In this document: one piece after another, positions 1 through 9,665 of the stretch
How the letters are laid out: every line of letters begins with the position of its first letter
Numbering within the stretch: the first letter of the stretch is position 1
DNA from: Bacilli bacterium
GTDB lineage: Bacteria; Bacillota_I; Bacilli_A; RFN20; CAG-826
Assembly: GCA_016302065.1 (NCBI GenBank)
Contig: JAEDOI010000001.1
Span: 2,754-66,753, forward strand
DNA: 64,000 nucleotides
Direction: 5' to 3'
Notes under the pieces: generated by a model
Database searches by the model: none
Told to the model about the DNA's origin: nothing
What the model saw: only the letters and a program-made list of their open reading frames with translations
Position numbers and translations under genes: made by a program

Positions 1-2154
1 GGTGGAACTTTATATTTTAGAAAACAATTTAAATTAGAAAATAAAAAGATTAAAAAAGCTAGATGCTATGTTTGTGGTATTGGGTATCATGAATTATATA
101 TTAATGGTAGAAAAGTTAAGGATGTTGTATTAAATCCTGGTGTAACAAATTATGATTTAACATTGCTTTACGATACATATGAATTAGAGTCATTCTTAGA
201 AAATGGCGATAACGTAATGGGTGTTGAAGTAGGATATGGATGGTATGGAAGTCGTAAATTATTACTCCAACTTTATGTTACTTATGAAGATGGAACAGAA
301 TATGAAGATCATTCTACATGTAATTATGGTTGGTGGGTAAGTGGAACTCCTATTATTGATAATTCAATATATGGCGGAGAGATTTACGATGCTAGAAAAG
401 AAGAATTAACTTATCCTCATTGGTGTAAAAAAGAATTTCAACCAACATGGGCAAATGGGTGGATGTATACAATTTTAACTCAAAATCCTGTTGGTAAACT
501 TACTCCTCAAGAAATTCCTCCAATTAGAGTAATCAAGGAATTTGATGTATATAAAACAATAAAAATAGATGACAAACATATTGTTTTTGATTTTAATCAA
601 AACATGGCTGGTTGGGCTAAGATATCCTTAAAAGGAGAAAGAGGTAGCAAAGTAACTTTAGTTTATGCTGAAGGATTAAAAGAAGATAATCATGTAAATC
701 AATTAAATTTAAGAAGTGCAAGATGTTCTGATACATATATTCTTAAAGGCGAGGAAATTGAAACGTATTTTCCTAGATTTACATATCATGGTTTTCAATT
801 TGTTGAAGCAATAATTGAAGGCAAAGTAGAAATAATTTCTATAAAAGGAATACATGTTCATAGTGATGTAAATGTTGTTGGTAGCTTTAAATGTAGTGAT
901 GAAATTTTAAATAGATTACATTATATGGCTGTAATCACAGAACAAAATAATCAATATTCAATTCTTACAGATTGTCCACAAAGAGATGAAAGATTTGGTT
1001 GGTTAAATGATGTTTCTAGTAGACAATTCCAGTCGAATTTCAATTTTGATATGGATAGATTCTACAATAAAGTTGTTCATGATATATCAGAAACTCAATC
1101 TAGTGATGGAGCAATAGCTGATACTGCTCCTTACTATACTGGTGGTCAACCAGCTGATACAACGACTGCATCATACTTATTATTAGCCTTATATTCATAT
1201 AAATTATACGGAGATAAAGAGTTAATAATTAGAGAATATGATAATTTAAAAAGATGGGTTGAATATTTATTAACCAGACAAAAAGATTACATAATGGATT
1301 ACTATTACTATGCTGATTGGGTACCACCTCAAACATTAAAAAACAGTAATAGTGATGGAATCTTTGTATCTTCTTTATTCTTACATTGGCATTTAAAATT
1401 AATCGCTGAACTTGCTAAGATTGCTTCAAAAGAAGAAGATTACAATAGATATTCTAAGATGGTAATAGAAAGCAAAGAAGCTATAAATAAAAAGTATTAC
1501 CATGAAGATACTCATTCATATTCTTTAAATACACAATGTGAAAATGCTATGGCAATTTGGCTCGATGTATGTAAAGAAGAAAATAAAAAATTAGTATTTG
1601 AAAATGTTGTCAAAGACATAATTGATAATAATTATCATATTACATGTGGAAACCAAGGATATAGACATGTCTTCTATCTTCTTGCTGAATATGGCTATGG
1701 AGATTTAGCAATAAAAGTATTGAAGAATGAAGAATATCCAGGGTGGGGATATATGGTAAAAATGAATGCTTCTACTATTTGGGAAAGATGGGAAGCAGAA
1801 ATGCAAAATGAAATGCATAGCTTTGATCATCCTATGTTTGGAAGTTTCGATGCTATGTTTTACCATTACTTTGGTGGTATTCAATATGATGGAAATGGGT
1901 GTGATGAGACTATTATTCATCCATATGTTGTTCAATCTTTAGAGTTTGTAGAAACTAGCTTTGAGACTATTAAAGGAACATTTGTTTCTAATTGGAAAAA
2001 AATTGGTACAAAGATTGAATATTATATTGAAATCCCAGTTAATTTGAATATCAAGGTAATAATTGATAGGGATATTGAATCGATAAATGGTACTAAAGTA
2101 AGTGGTAAAGAATTTAGATTAAGTGGAGGACATTATACTATTATTAGTAAATGA
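1..2154 (+). CDS. alpha-L-rhamnosidase (GH78), 5' partial; frame 1 is open from window start
   Basis: N-terminus has the GH78 N-domain signature (LYxNG..V.D..L.PG.T.Y). The catalytic region carries DCPQRDERFGWLND and ends with a TGA stop. There is no signal peptide. Confidence 0.85.
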   Translation, partial: GGTLYFRKQFKLENKKIKKARCYVCGIGYHELYINGRKVKDVVLNPGVTNYDLTLLYDTYELESFLENGDNVMGVEVGYGWYGSRKLLLQLYVTYEDGTEYEDHSTCNYGWWVSGTPIIDNSIYGGEIYDARKEELTYPHWCKKEFQPTWANGWMYTILTQNPVGKLTPQEIPPIRVIKEFDVYKTIKIDDKHIVFDFNQNMAGWAKISLKGERGSKVTLVYAEGLKEDNHVNQLNLRSARCSDTYILKGEEIETYFPRFTYHGFQFVEAIIEGKVEIISIKGIHVHSDVNVVGSFKCSDEILNRLHYMAVITEQNNQYSILTDCPQRDERFGWLNDVSSRQFQSNFNFDMDRFYNKVVHDISETQSSDGAIADTAPYYTGGQPADTTTASYLLLALYSYKLYGDKELIIREYDNLKRWVEYLLTRQKDYIMDYYYYADWVPPQTLKNSNSDGIFVSSLFLHWHLKLIAELAKIASKEEDYNRYSKMVIESKEAINKKYYHEDTHSYSLNTQCENAMAIWLDVCKEENKKLVFENVVKDIIDNNYHITCGNQGYRHVFYLLAEYGYGDLAIKVLKNEEYPGWGYMVKMNASTIWERWEAEMQNEMHSFDHPMFGSFDAMFYHYFGGIQYDGNGCDETIIHPYVVQSLEFVETSFETIKGTFVSNWKKIGTKIEYYIEIPVNLNIKVIIDRDIESINGTKVSGKEFRLSGGHYTIISK

Positions 2155-2161
2155 TAGACGT

Positions 2162-2974
2162 ATGAAAGATATATTAACTTATCCAGTTTTATTAGAGGTT
2201 TGTGATATTATAGATAAAATGTATCAGTTAGGTTGGGATGAAAGAAACGGCGGTAATGTTTCATACCTTCTTGATGAAAATGAGCTCAATGAATATCTTG
2301 ACCTTTCGAAGGTAATTAGAACATATTCATTAAATTTTGATGCAAGTGAACTAAAAGGAAAATATTTCTTAGCAACTGGAACTGGAAAATATTTTAGAAA
2401 CACTAAGAAAGACCCAGAAACTAATCTTGGAATATTTAGAGTTAGTGATGATGGTTTAAATGCAGAATTAATTTGGGGCTATAAAGATGGAGGAAGATCA
2501 ACAAGTGAAACTTATGCTCACTTAATGTGTCATGCAACTAGACTTAAAGTTGATCCAAAACACCGTGTAGTAATTCATTCTCATCCAACAAACATTTTAG
2601 CTTTAACTCATATTCTTCCTAATGATGAGAAAATCTTTACCAAAGAATTGTGGAAAGTAATGACTGAATGTATTGTTGTTTTTCCAGAGGGAATTGGTGT
2701 TCTTCCATGGATGCAATGTGGAACATATGAAATAGGTGTTGAAACATGCAAAAAAATGGTTGATAGAAGATTGGTTGTTTGGGGATTACATGGTATTTAT
2801 GGTGTTGGTGAAACTATAGATGAAGCTTTTGGACTTATTGAAACAGTTGAAAAAGCAAGTGAAGTTTACCTTAAATATCGTAATTTTGAGGAAGTAAATA
2901 CCATTAGTGATGAGAATTTGAAAGGAATAGCTAAATTTTATGGAGGAAAGCCAAGAGATGGCTATTTAGATTAA
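2162..2974 (+). CDS. rhaD: rhamnulose-1-phosphate aldolase (class II aldolase/adducin family)
   Basis: GWDERNGGN is near the N-terminus as in E. coli RhaD, and a HSHP zinc motif is present. Length is about 270 aa. The ATG at 2162 avoids overlap with the upstream gene. Confidence 0.85.
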   Translation: MKDILTYPVLLEVCDIIDKMYQLGWDERNGGNVSYLLDENELNEYLDLSKVIRTYSLNFDASELKGKYFLATGTGKYFRNTKKDPETNLGIFRVSDDGLNAELIWGYKDGGRSTSETYAHLMCHATRLKVDPKHRVVIHSHPTNILALTHILPNDEKIFTKELWKVMTECIVVFPEGIGVLPWMQCGTYEIGVETCKKMVDRRLVVWGLHGIYGVGETIDEAFGLIETVEKASEVYLKYRNFEEVNTISDENLKGIAKFYGGKPRDGYLD

Positions 2975-4293
2975 TGAAAAAATATTATCTTGCTATTGAT
3001 ATTGGTGCTACAAGTGGTAGACACATTCTTGCTCATTATGATGAAAATAATGAATTAGTATATGAAGAAGTATATCGTTTCTTGAATAAAACTATAAAGA
3101 AAGATGGTCACTTATTTTGGGATGTTAATTTATTATTTAAAAACATAATTGATGGATTGAAAGAATGTAAAAAAATAAATAAAATTCCTACCTTTATAGG
3201 AATTGATACATTTGGTGTAGATTACTGTTTGTTAGATGAAAACGATAAATTAGTAAGAGATATTTATTCATATAGGGATTTTAGAACTGATATTTCTAAA
3301 CTTGAATTTGAAAAAGAGATGGGAATTGATACTCTTTTTAAAAAAACAGGTGTATATCCTCACTCTTTTAATACTCTTTATCAATTGTATGATGATAAAA
3401 TGCATGGTTTATTAAAGAGGACAAAAACAATAATGTATTATCCTTGTTATTTGGCTTATTTATTAACTGGTGTAAAGAACAACGAAATATCTATTGCATC
3501 AACTAGTGGAATGCTTTCAAGCAAAACAAAAGATTATGATGATGACATTTTAAATATTTTAGGAATAAATAAAGATATTTTTGCTCCAACTATTGAAGCA
3601 ACTAATATTATTGGAGAATTAAAAAAAGATATTCAAGAAGAAGTAGGATTTAATGCTATTGTTAAACAAGTATATTGCCATGACACTGCAAGTGCAACAA
3701 TTGGTGCTAAAACAAATAAAGATGAAATATTTATTTCTAGTGGGACATGGTCATTAATAGGAGTAATTAATAATAAATATACCAATTCTTTAGAAATCTT
3801 TGATCAAGGATTTACTAATGAATTAAATTCTAAAGAGGAAATTCGTTTCTTAAAAAATATTGTTGGTATGTTTATTATTAATGAAATTGAAAAAGAACAA
3901 AAAGAAAGAATTAATATTCTAACTATTGTTGAAATGGCTAAAAAAGGTACAAATTATAAAGAAATATTTGATCCAACAGAACATAAATTTTTAGCTCCTG
4001 CTTCAATGGAACAAACTATAAAAGAAGATTTTATTGCTCGTAAAATTGAGCCACCAAAAAATTTAGAAGAATTATTCTATTGTGTTTATAACTCATTAGC
4101 TCATGCTTATAAAAAAGCAGTAGAAGATATTGAAGAAATTACCCATAAAAAATACGACACAATTAAAGTGTTTGGTGGAGGAAGTAAAAATAAATTCTTG
4201 AATCAATTAACAGAGGATATAACTAAAAAAAGAGTAATTGAAGGACCAAGTGAAGCAACTGCAATTGGTAATATTTATTCTTTACTTGATTAG
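2974..4293 (+). CDS. rhaB: rhamnulokinase (FGGY carbohydrate kinase)
   Basis: The N-terminus reads AIDIGATSGR, as in the RhaB VDLGASSGR motif. Length is 439 aa. The TAATG overlap suggests coupling to rhaD. Confidence 0.8.
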   Translation: MKKYYLAIDIGATSGRHILAHYDENNELVYEEVYRFLNKTIKKDGHLFWDVNLLFKNIIDGLKECKKINKIPTFIGIDTFGVDYCLLDENDKLVRDIYSYRDFRTDISKLEFEKEMGIDTLFKKTGVYPHSFNTLYQLYDDKMHGLLKRTKTIMYYPCYLAYLLTGVKNNEISIASTSGMLSSKTKDYDDDILNILGINKDIFAPTIEATNIIGELKKDIQEEVGFNAIVKQVYCHDTASATIGAKTNKDEIFISSGTWSLIGVINNKYTNSLEIFDQGFTNELNSKEEIRFLKNIVGMFIINEIEKEQKERINILTIVEMAKKGTNYKEIFDPTEHKFLAPASMEQTIKEDFIARKIEPPKNLEELFYCVYNSLAHAYKKAVEDIEEITHKKYDTIKVFGGGSKNKFLNQLTEDITKKRVIEGPSEATAIGNIYSLLD

Positions 4294-4307
4294 AAAGGAG
4301 TCCATAT

Positions 4308-6230
4308 ATGGCTTTATTTAAAAAATTAACAAAAGAAGAAAAAATACAGGCAAAAGAAAGAGAAAGAATTCATAAAGAAGTTATTAAGGCTGAAAATGAA
4401 TATCGAAAAGAAGATAAGATTCCTCATGAAGGTGCTTTTGTAACTTTGGAGCACATCAATAAGATTTATGATAACCATGTACAAGCTGTATACGATTTTA
4501 ATTTAGATATAAAGCCTAGAGAATTTATTGTTTTTGTTGGACCTAGTGGCTGTGGTAAATCTACTACATTAAGAATGATTGCTGGTCTTGAAAACATCAC
4601 ATATGGAAATCTTTTTATAAATGGAATATATAGTAATGATTTAGAACCAAAAGATAGAGATATAGCTATGGTTTTCCAAAGCTATGCACTTTATCCTCAT
4701 ATGTCTGTTTTTGATAACATGGCTTTTGGTTTAAAAATAAGAAAGCATAAAACATTACATGTTGATAATAAACTTCTAAAAGAAAAACTTAAGGTTGTTA
4801 TTTCTTTAGAAAAAGAATTAGCTAAAAAAGAAAGTGAGTTAAAAGAAGTTGAATTAAAAATCAAAAGAGATAGTTCATTACAAACAGTTTTTGACGGAAA
4901 AATTTCATTACTAAATAACGAAATTTGTGAATTAAAAGATAAATTAAAAATTGCAAATGAAGAATATATCAATGTTAAAACCACTCCTGTTTTAACAAAA
5001 GATACTGATAAGATTAGAAGATTAAATAATGACCTTAAATTTTATAAGAAAAGCTTAGCAAAGTTAGAAAAACAATTAAGTAAAATAGAACTTAAATCTA
5101 ATTTAGATTCAAAAGAAGTTTTAATAGATGAACTAAAGAAAAATATTTCTTTAGCAAAAGAAAATATTGAAAGGACTGAAAAAGAAATTGAATATTTAGA
5201 AAACAATGATGTCGTTGTTTATAAATATAAGCATTTGACAAAAAGAGAAGTTAGGGAACAAGTAGTGAATGCTGCTAAAATTCTTGATTTGGTAGATTAT
5301 TTAGATAGAAAGCCATCAGCTTTAAGTGGTGGCCAATGTCAAAGAGTTGCTTTAGGAAGAGCAATTGTTAGAAATTCAAAATTATTCTTAATGGATGAGC
5401 CTTTAAGCAATCTTGATGCAAAATTAAGAGTCCAAATGAGAAGCGAAATTGTTAAATTGCACAATCAATTACAAACAACAACTATTTATGTTACTCACGA
5501 CCAAACTGAAGCTATGACAATGGCTAGTAGAATTGTTGTTATGTCAAAAGGTTATATCCAACAAATTGGGACTCCTAAAGAAATATATAATCATCCAGCA
5601 AATATTTTTGTCGCTTCCTTTATTGGTAGCCCAGCAATGAATATTTTTGATTGTGAATACGACAATGGAAAATTGCATGTTAGTGATGATTTTATCATTG
5701 AATTACCTTCTTCTTTTGTTGAAGCTCATGATTTATTTATAAAAGATCAAATTGTTACATTAGAAACTAAAAAAGAGCAATTAAGTAAGGAAATTGATGG
5801 ATATTTGAAATATCAAGAACAACTTGCTAATAAAGAAGTTAAGAAGGTTAAGAGCAATATTTTAAATAATAAAGATCATTATGAATACAATAAACTAGAA
5901 CTTCAAAGTATTGAAAATAAATTAGTAAAATACTATGAATATAGTAAAACAAATAAACATAATATTAAGCTAGGTATTAGACCAGAAGATATAGTTAGAC
6001 TTGAAGATAGAACTGCAAAACATAACTTAGGTAAGTCATTTATTTCTTCGGTTATTGTACCTGAATTATTAGGCCATGAATATTATGTTCATTTTAATCT
6101 TGGAGATCATGAATTAATTTCTAAGATTCAAGGAAATGATAATATTCAAATAGGTGATAAGTTAGAATTAGCATTTAATATGGATTTCTTACATCTTTTT
6201 GATGATGTATCAACCAAATTAATTAAATAA
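4308..6230 (+). CDS. sugar ABC transporter ATP-binding protein (MalK/MsmK/UgpC type) with large coiled-coil insertions
   Basis: Walker A GPSGCGKST, Q-loop MVFQSYALYPHMSVFDNMAFGLK, signature LSGGQCQRV and Walker B LFLMDEP are present. A roughly 165-aa K/E/L-rich insertion sits between the Q-loop and the signature. A second insertion lies in the C-terminal regulatory domain. Confidence 0.8.
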   Translation: MALFKKLTKEEKIQAKERERIHKEVIKAENEYRKEDKIPHEGAFVTLEHINKIYDNHVQAVYDFNLDIKPREFIVFVGPSGCGKSTTLRMIAGLENITYGNLFINGIYSNDLEPKDRDIAMVFQSYALYPHMSVFDNMAFGLKIRKHKTLHVDNKLLKEKLKVVISLEKELAKKESELKEVELKIKRDSSLQTVFDGKISLLNNEICELKDKLKIANEEYINVKTTPVLTKDTDKIRRLNNDLKFYKKSLAKLEKQLSKIELKSNLDSKEVLIDELKKNISLAKENIERTEKEIEYLENNDVVVYKYKHLTKREVREQVVNAAKILDLVDYLDRKPSALSGGQCQRVALGRAIVRNSKLFLMDEPLSNLDAKLRVQMRSEIVKLHNQLQTTTIYVTHDQTEAMTMASRIVVMSKGYIQQIGTPKEIYNHPANIFVASFIGSPAMNIFDCEYDNGKLHVSDDFIIELPSSFVEAHDLFIKDQIVTLETKKEQLSKEIDGYLKYQEQLANKEVKKVKSNILNNKDHYEYNKLELQSIENKLVKYYEYSKTNKHNIKLGIRPEDIVRLEDRTAKHNLGKSFISSVIVPELLGHEYYVHFNLGDHELISKIQGNDNIQIGDKLELAFNMDFLHLFDDVSTKLIK

Positions 6231-6232
6231 AT

Positions 6233-8431
6233 ATGAAAAATAATTGGATTAAAAATAACATTAAAATTGATACATTACCTGAATTTAGAAAGGTTGTATC
6301 AATTAAGAAAAGGATTAAAAAAGCAATATTATTTGTTACGTGTATTGGCCTTTATGATGCTTATATTAATGGTAAACCTGTTACAAATTCAATGTTTAAA
6401 CCTGGTTATACTAATTATTATAAAAGAGTTCAATATCAAACTTATGATGTTACAAACAAAATGAAAGAAGGAGATAATAACTTTTCATTTTTACTTGCAA
6501 AAGGCTGGGCAAGTAGTGAACATTTTTCTTGGTGCAAACATCCTTATTATGATGATACATATTTAAATGTTGAAATAAGAATTGAATATCAAGATAAAAC
6601 TAAAGAAATTATTTATAGTGATGAAAGTTTCGATGTTTATACATCTAAAATTATTAGTAGTGAAATTTATGATGGAGAGGAACAAGATTTAAGAATTATT
6701 CCAAAATATGTTGGAAAAGCATCAAAATTTGACTTTAAAATTAGGATGGTTAAACAAGAAGGAGAAGAGGTTATAGAAGATGAAATTATTTATCCTCGAA
6801 ACATCTTTAATACTCCTAAAAATGAATTAATGATAGATTTTGGCCAAAATTTTACAGGCAATATTGTTTTTGAAATAGATGGAAAAGAAGGTGAAATTTT
6901 GTCTTTTTTACCAGCTGAAGTGTTAACAAAAGAAGGTAATTTTTATTTTGATAATTATCGTGATGCTAAATCTTATTTTAAATATACTTTAAAAAATGGA
7001 AAAAATATTCTAAGACCACTATTTTCTTTTCAAGGATTACGATATATAAAACTTGTTGATATTCCAAGTAATTTTGATATTTCATGTGTTAAAGGACATG
7101 TAATTCATTCTAGACTTGAAAGAACATGTTACTTTGATTGTGGTAATGAAAAAATTAATCAACTTTACCATAATATTATTTATGGTCAATTATCTAATTA
7201 CTTAGACATTCCTACAGATTGTCCTCAAAGAGATGAAAGGTTAGGATGGCTTGGAGATGCACAAGTTTTTGTTCGAACTGCTAGTATTAATTTTAATGTT
7301 AAAAAATTCTTCAAAAAATGGTTACATGATTTAAATTTAGGGCAACACGAAGATGGATCTGTAGAAGGTAGTGCACCTATTATTAAAAAGTCTGTAAGAG
7401 AAATTTCTTCTGGTTGGGGAGATGCTATCACAATTTGTCCTTATGAAATATATTTAGCATATGGAGATAAAAAAATATTAAAAGATAGTCTTCCACATAT
7501 GAAAAAATGGGTCGAATATATTAGAAATCAGGGAAGCAATGAATATTTATGGGACAGCGGATTCCATTTTGGTGATTGGGTTAGTTTAGATGCACCATAT
7601 GGTAGTTATATTGGTGCTACTGATGTTAGATTAATTGCTACTGCTTATTATGCAATTTCAACAAAGATTTTAGCTTCTACTTTAAAGATATTAGGCAAGG
7701 ATTCTACTGAATACGATAACTTATATGTAAATATTATTAATTCTTTTCAAGATAAATTCTTAAAAGATGGACTTCCTATAGGACAAAAAGCTATTGAAGG
7801 AAGTGCAAAAGAGCAAACAGGATATACTCAATGTGCTTTATCTTTAATTATCAATTTCGATTTAGGAAAAAAAGAAGATATTAAAAAACAAACCGATGCT
7901 TTAGTTGAACTTATTGAAATGAATGGCATGAGAATGACCACTGGATTTATCGGAACACCATATATTTTAAGAGCTTTAACTAAAGGTGGAAGAAGTGATA
8001 TTGCCTATAAATTATTATTGCAAGAAAAGGCACCATCATGGATTTATTCAATTAATAAAGGCGCTACTACAATGTGGGAACACTGGGATTGTATAAACGA
8101 TAAAGGGGAATTTTGGAGTCCTAATATGAATTCATTCAATCATTATGCTTATGGTAGTGTATTTGATTGGATTTTTAATTATGCTGCGGGGATTAACCCA
8201 CTTAAACCTGGTTATGAAGAAGTTCTTATTAAGCCTTATGTATCAAAAGATTTAGGGCATCTTGATGTAAAATATAAAACAAAATTTGGTTTATTATGTG
8301 TGAGATGGTATTTTCAAGATAATGCAACAATTTATGAAATTTCTATTCCTAAAGGAATTAAAGCTAGAGTTGAAATTAATAATAGTTGCTATAATTTAGA
8401 AGAAGGAAAATATATGTTTTCACATATTTAA
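6233..8431 (+). CDS. alpha-L-rhamnosidase (GH78), second copy
   Basis: DCPQRDERLGWLGDAQVF motif. Length is 732 aa. There is no signal peptide. Confidence 0.85.
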   Translation: MKNNWIKNNIKIDTLPEFRKVVSIKKRIKKAILFVTCIGLYDAYINGKPVTNSMFKPGYTNYYKRVQYQTYDVTNKMKEGDNNFSFLLAKGWASSEHFSWCKHPYYDDTYLNVEIRIEYQDKTKEIIYSDESFDVYTSKIISSEIYDGEEQDLRIIPKYVGKASKFDFKIRMVKQEGEEVIEDEIIYPRNIFNTPKNELMIDFGQNFTGNIVFEIDGKEGEILSFLPAEVLTKEGNFYFDNYRDAKSYFKYTLKNGKNILRPLFSFQGLRYIKLVDIPSNFDISCVKGHVIHSRLERTCYFDCGNEKINQLYHNIIYGQLSNYLDIPTDCPQRDERLGWLGDAQVFVRTASINFNVKKFFKKWLHDLNLGQHEDGSVEGSAPIIKKSVREISSGWGDAITICPYEIYLAYGDKKILKDSLPHMKKWVEYIRNQGSNEYLWDSGFHFGDWVSLDAPYGSYIGATDVRLIATAYYAISTKILASTLKILGKDSTEYDNLYVNIINSFQDKFLKDGLPIGQKAIEGSAKEQTGYTQCALSLIINFDLGKKEDIKKQTDALVELIEMNGMRMTTGFIGTPYILRALTKGGRSDIAYKLLLQEKAPSWIYSINKGATTMWEHWDCINDKGEFWSPNMNSFNHYAYGSVFDWIFNYAAGINPLKPGYEEVLIKPYVSKDLGHLDVKYKTKFGLLCVRWYFQDNATIYEISIPKGIKARVEINNSCYNLEEGKYMFSHI

Positions 8432-8450
8432 TATATTGGAGGAAAATACA

Positions 8451-9026
8451 ATGAAAACTGTAAAAGACAAGTATTTAGTCGTTGGAGCTGATTTTGCTGG
8501 TTATCCATTAAAAGAAGCTGTATGCAAACATTTAAGAGAAAAAGGATGGAAAATCCTTGATTTAGGTGTAACTGATCCTAATGTTGAAGATACTGAAAAT
8601 ATGTTCCATAGAGTTGGATTAAGAGTAGGTGCTAAAATCAGTGAAGGTGAATATGAAAGAGCCTTACTTTTCTGTGGAACCGGTATGGGGATTCATATTG
8701 CTGCTAGTAAATGTCCACATGTTCATGCTGGTGTTGTAGAGTCTGTCCCTGCTGCTTTAAGAGCAATAACTGGAAATGGTGTTAATGTTCTTGCAATGGG
8801 TGCTTTCTATGTTGCTCCACAAATGGGTTGTGATATTGCTGATGCTTACTTAAATGCTGAACTTGGTAGCGGTTATGAATGGTGGCATAATTTTTATGAA
8901 TTCCATAAATTAGCAATTGATGAACTTGAAGCTTTTAATTATGAAGAATATAAAAAGAACGGCTTTAAGATGAAACATCTAGGTGATTATCCTTTGAAAC
9001 TTGAAACAAAACCAGAAGATAAATAA
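8451..9026 (+). CDS. RpiB/LacA/LacB-family sugar(-phosphate) isomerase with a roughly 45-aa C-terminal extension
   Basis: The LFCGTGMGIHIAASK region matches the RpiB CGTGxG active-site region. GGAGG lies 8 nt upstream of ATG 8451. Confidence 0.65.
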   Translation: MKTVKDKYLVVGADFAGYPLKEAVCKHLREKGWKILDLGVTDPNVEDTENMFHRVGLRVGAKISEGEYERALLFCGTGMGIHIAASKCPHVHAGVVESVPAALRAITGNGVNVLAMGAFYVAPQMGCDIADAYLNAELGSGYEWWHNFYEFHKLAIDELEAFNYEEYKKNGFKMKHLGDYPLKLETKPEDK

Positions 9027-9076
9027 AAAACATTTAAAAAATAATTAAAACAATAATAGTCCTTTATATTTAAGGG

Positions 9077-9580
9077 CTATTTGTTTTCCCAATATTGTTT
9101 ACCCCAATTATCATAATCCCATTTAGGATCATATTTATTACATTCATAATCTATATAAAAAATATTATTGTTTTTATCAACAACAAAATTAGAAGGATAA
9201 TAATCAATATTTATTCCTTGATCTTTACACAGTTCTTGCATTGTTTTAACTTGAAAAACATATTGATTTATCGATTCTTTTTCATTAATAAGTTCTAAAA
9301 TTGTTCTTCCTTCAATATATTCTTTAACTATTCTTTCATTATCAAAATCTATATCAATCATTTGTGGAATCCTAATATTAGTACTTAATAAAGTTTGGTA
9401 ATCATTATATTCTGATTGTATTTTATTTCCAAAATTATAATAAGAACAAGGTTCATGATGAATTTGTTTAATTACAAATGACTTATTATTTAGCATAGCT
9501 AAATAAGAATATCCGCCTTTTCCTTTTCCTAAAAGCTTAATTATTTTGTATTCTTTATTATTAACTAAAATTGTATCCAT
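9077..9580 (-). CDS. small protein kinase-like (PKL-fold) protein
   Basis: Glycine-rich loop LGKGKGGYSY, VIKQ lysine, and catalytic-loop-like DYYPSNFVV plus IDYE. At 167 aa it is too short for a classical Ser/Thr kinase. Confidence 0.4.
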   Translation of the reverse strand: MDTILVNNKEYKIIKLLGKGKGGYSYLAMLNNKSFVIKQIHHEPCSYYNFGNKIQSEYNDYQTLLSTNIRIPQMIDIDFDNERIVKEYIEGRTILELINEKESINQYVFQVKTMQELCKDQGINIDYYPSNFVVDKNNNIFYIDYECNKYDPKWDYDNWGKQYWENK

Positions 9581-9665
9581 ACAATTATAATATCAATAAA
9601 ATATTTTAAAAAATATATTATTTCTTATATATTTTAAAAAAATAAAAATAATGTAAAATAATAGT

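Noticed and set aside
1705-1935. Short antisense or overlapping ORFs inside large genes, including 1705-1935, 4697-4984, 6267-6464, 7225-7431, 13073-13264, 13545-13778, 15608-15901, 21539-21799, 24632-25006, 27528-27875, 33767-34093, 35048-35277, 41957-42151, 42797-43018, 44184-44411, 48002-48202 and 62956-63282
   Set aside because: They lie entirely inside well-supported longer CDSs on the other strand or in another frame. They have low-complexity translations and no RBS. They are typical AT-rich-genome ORF noise.
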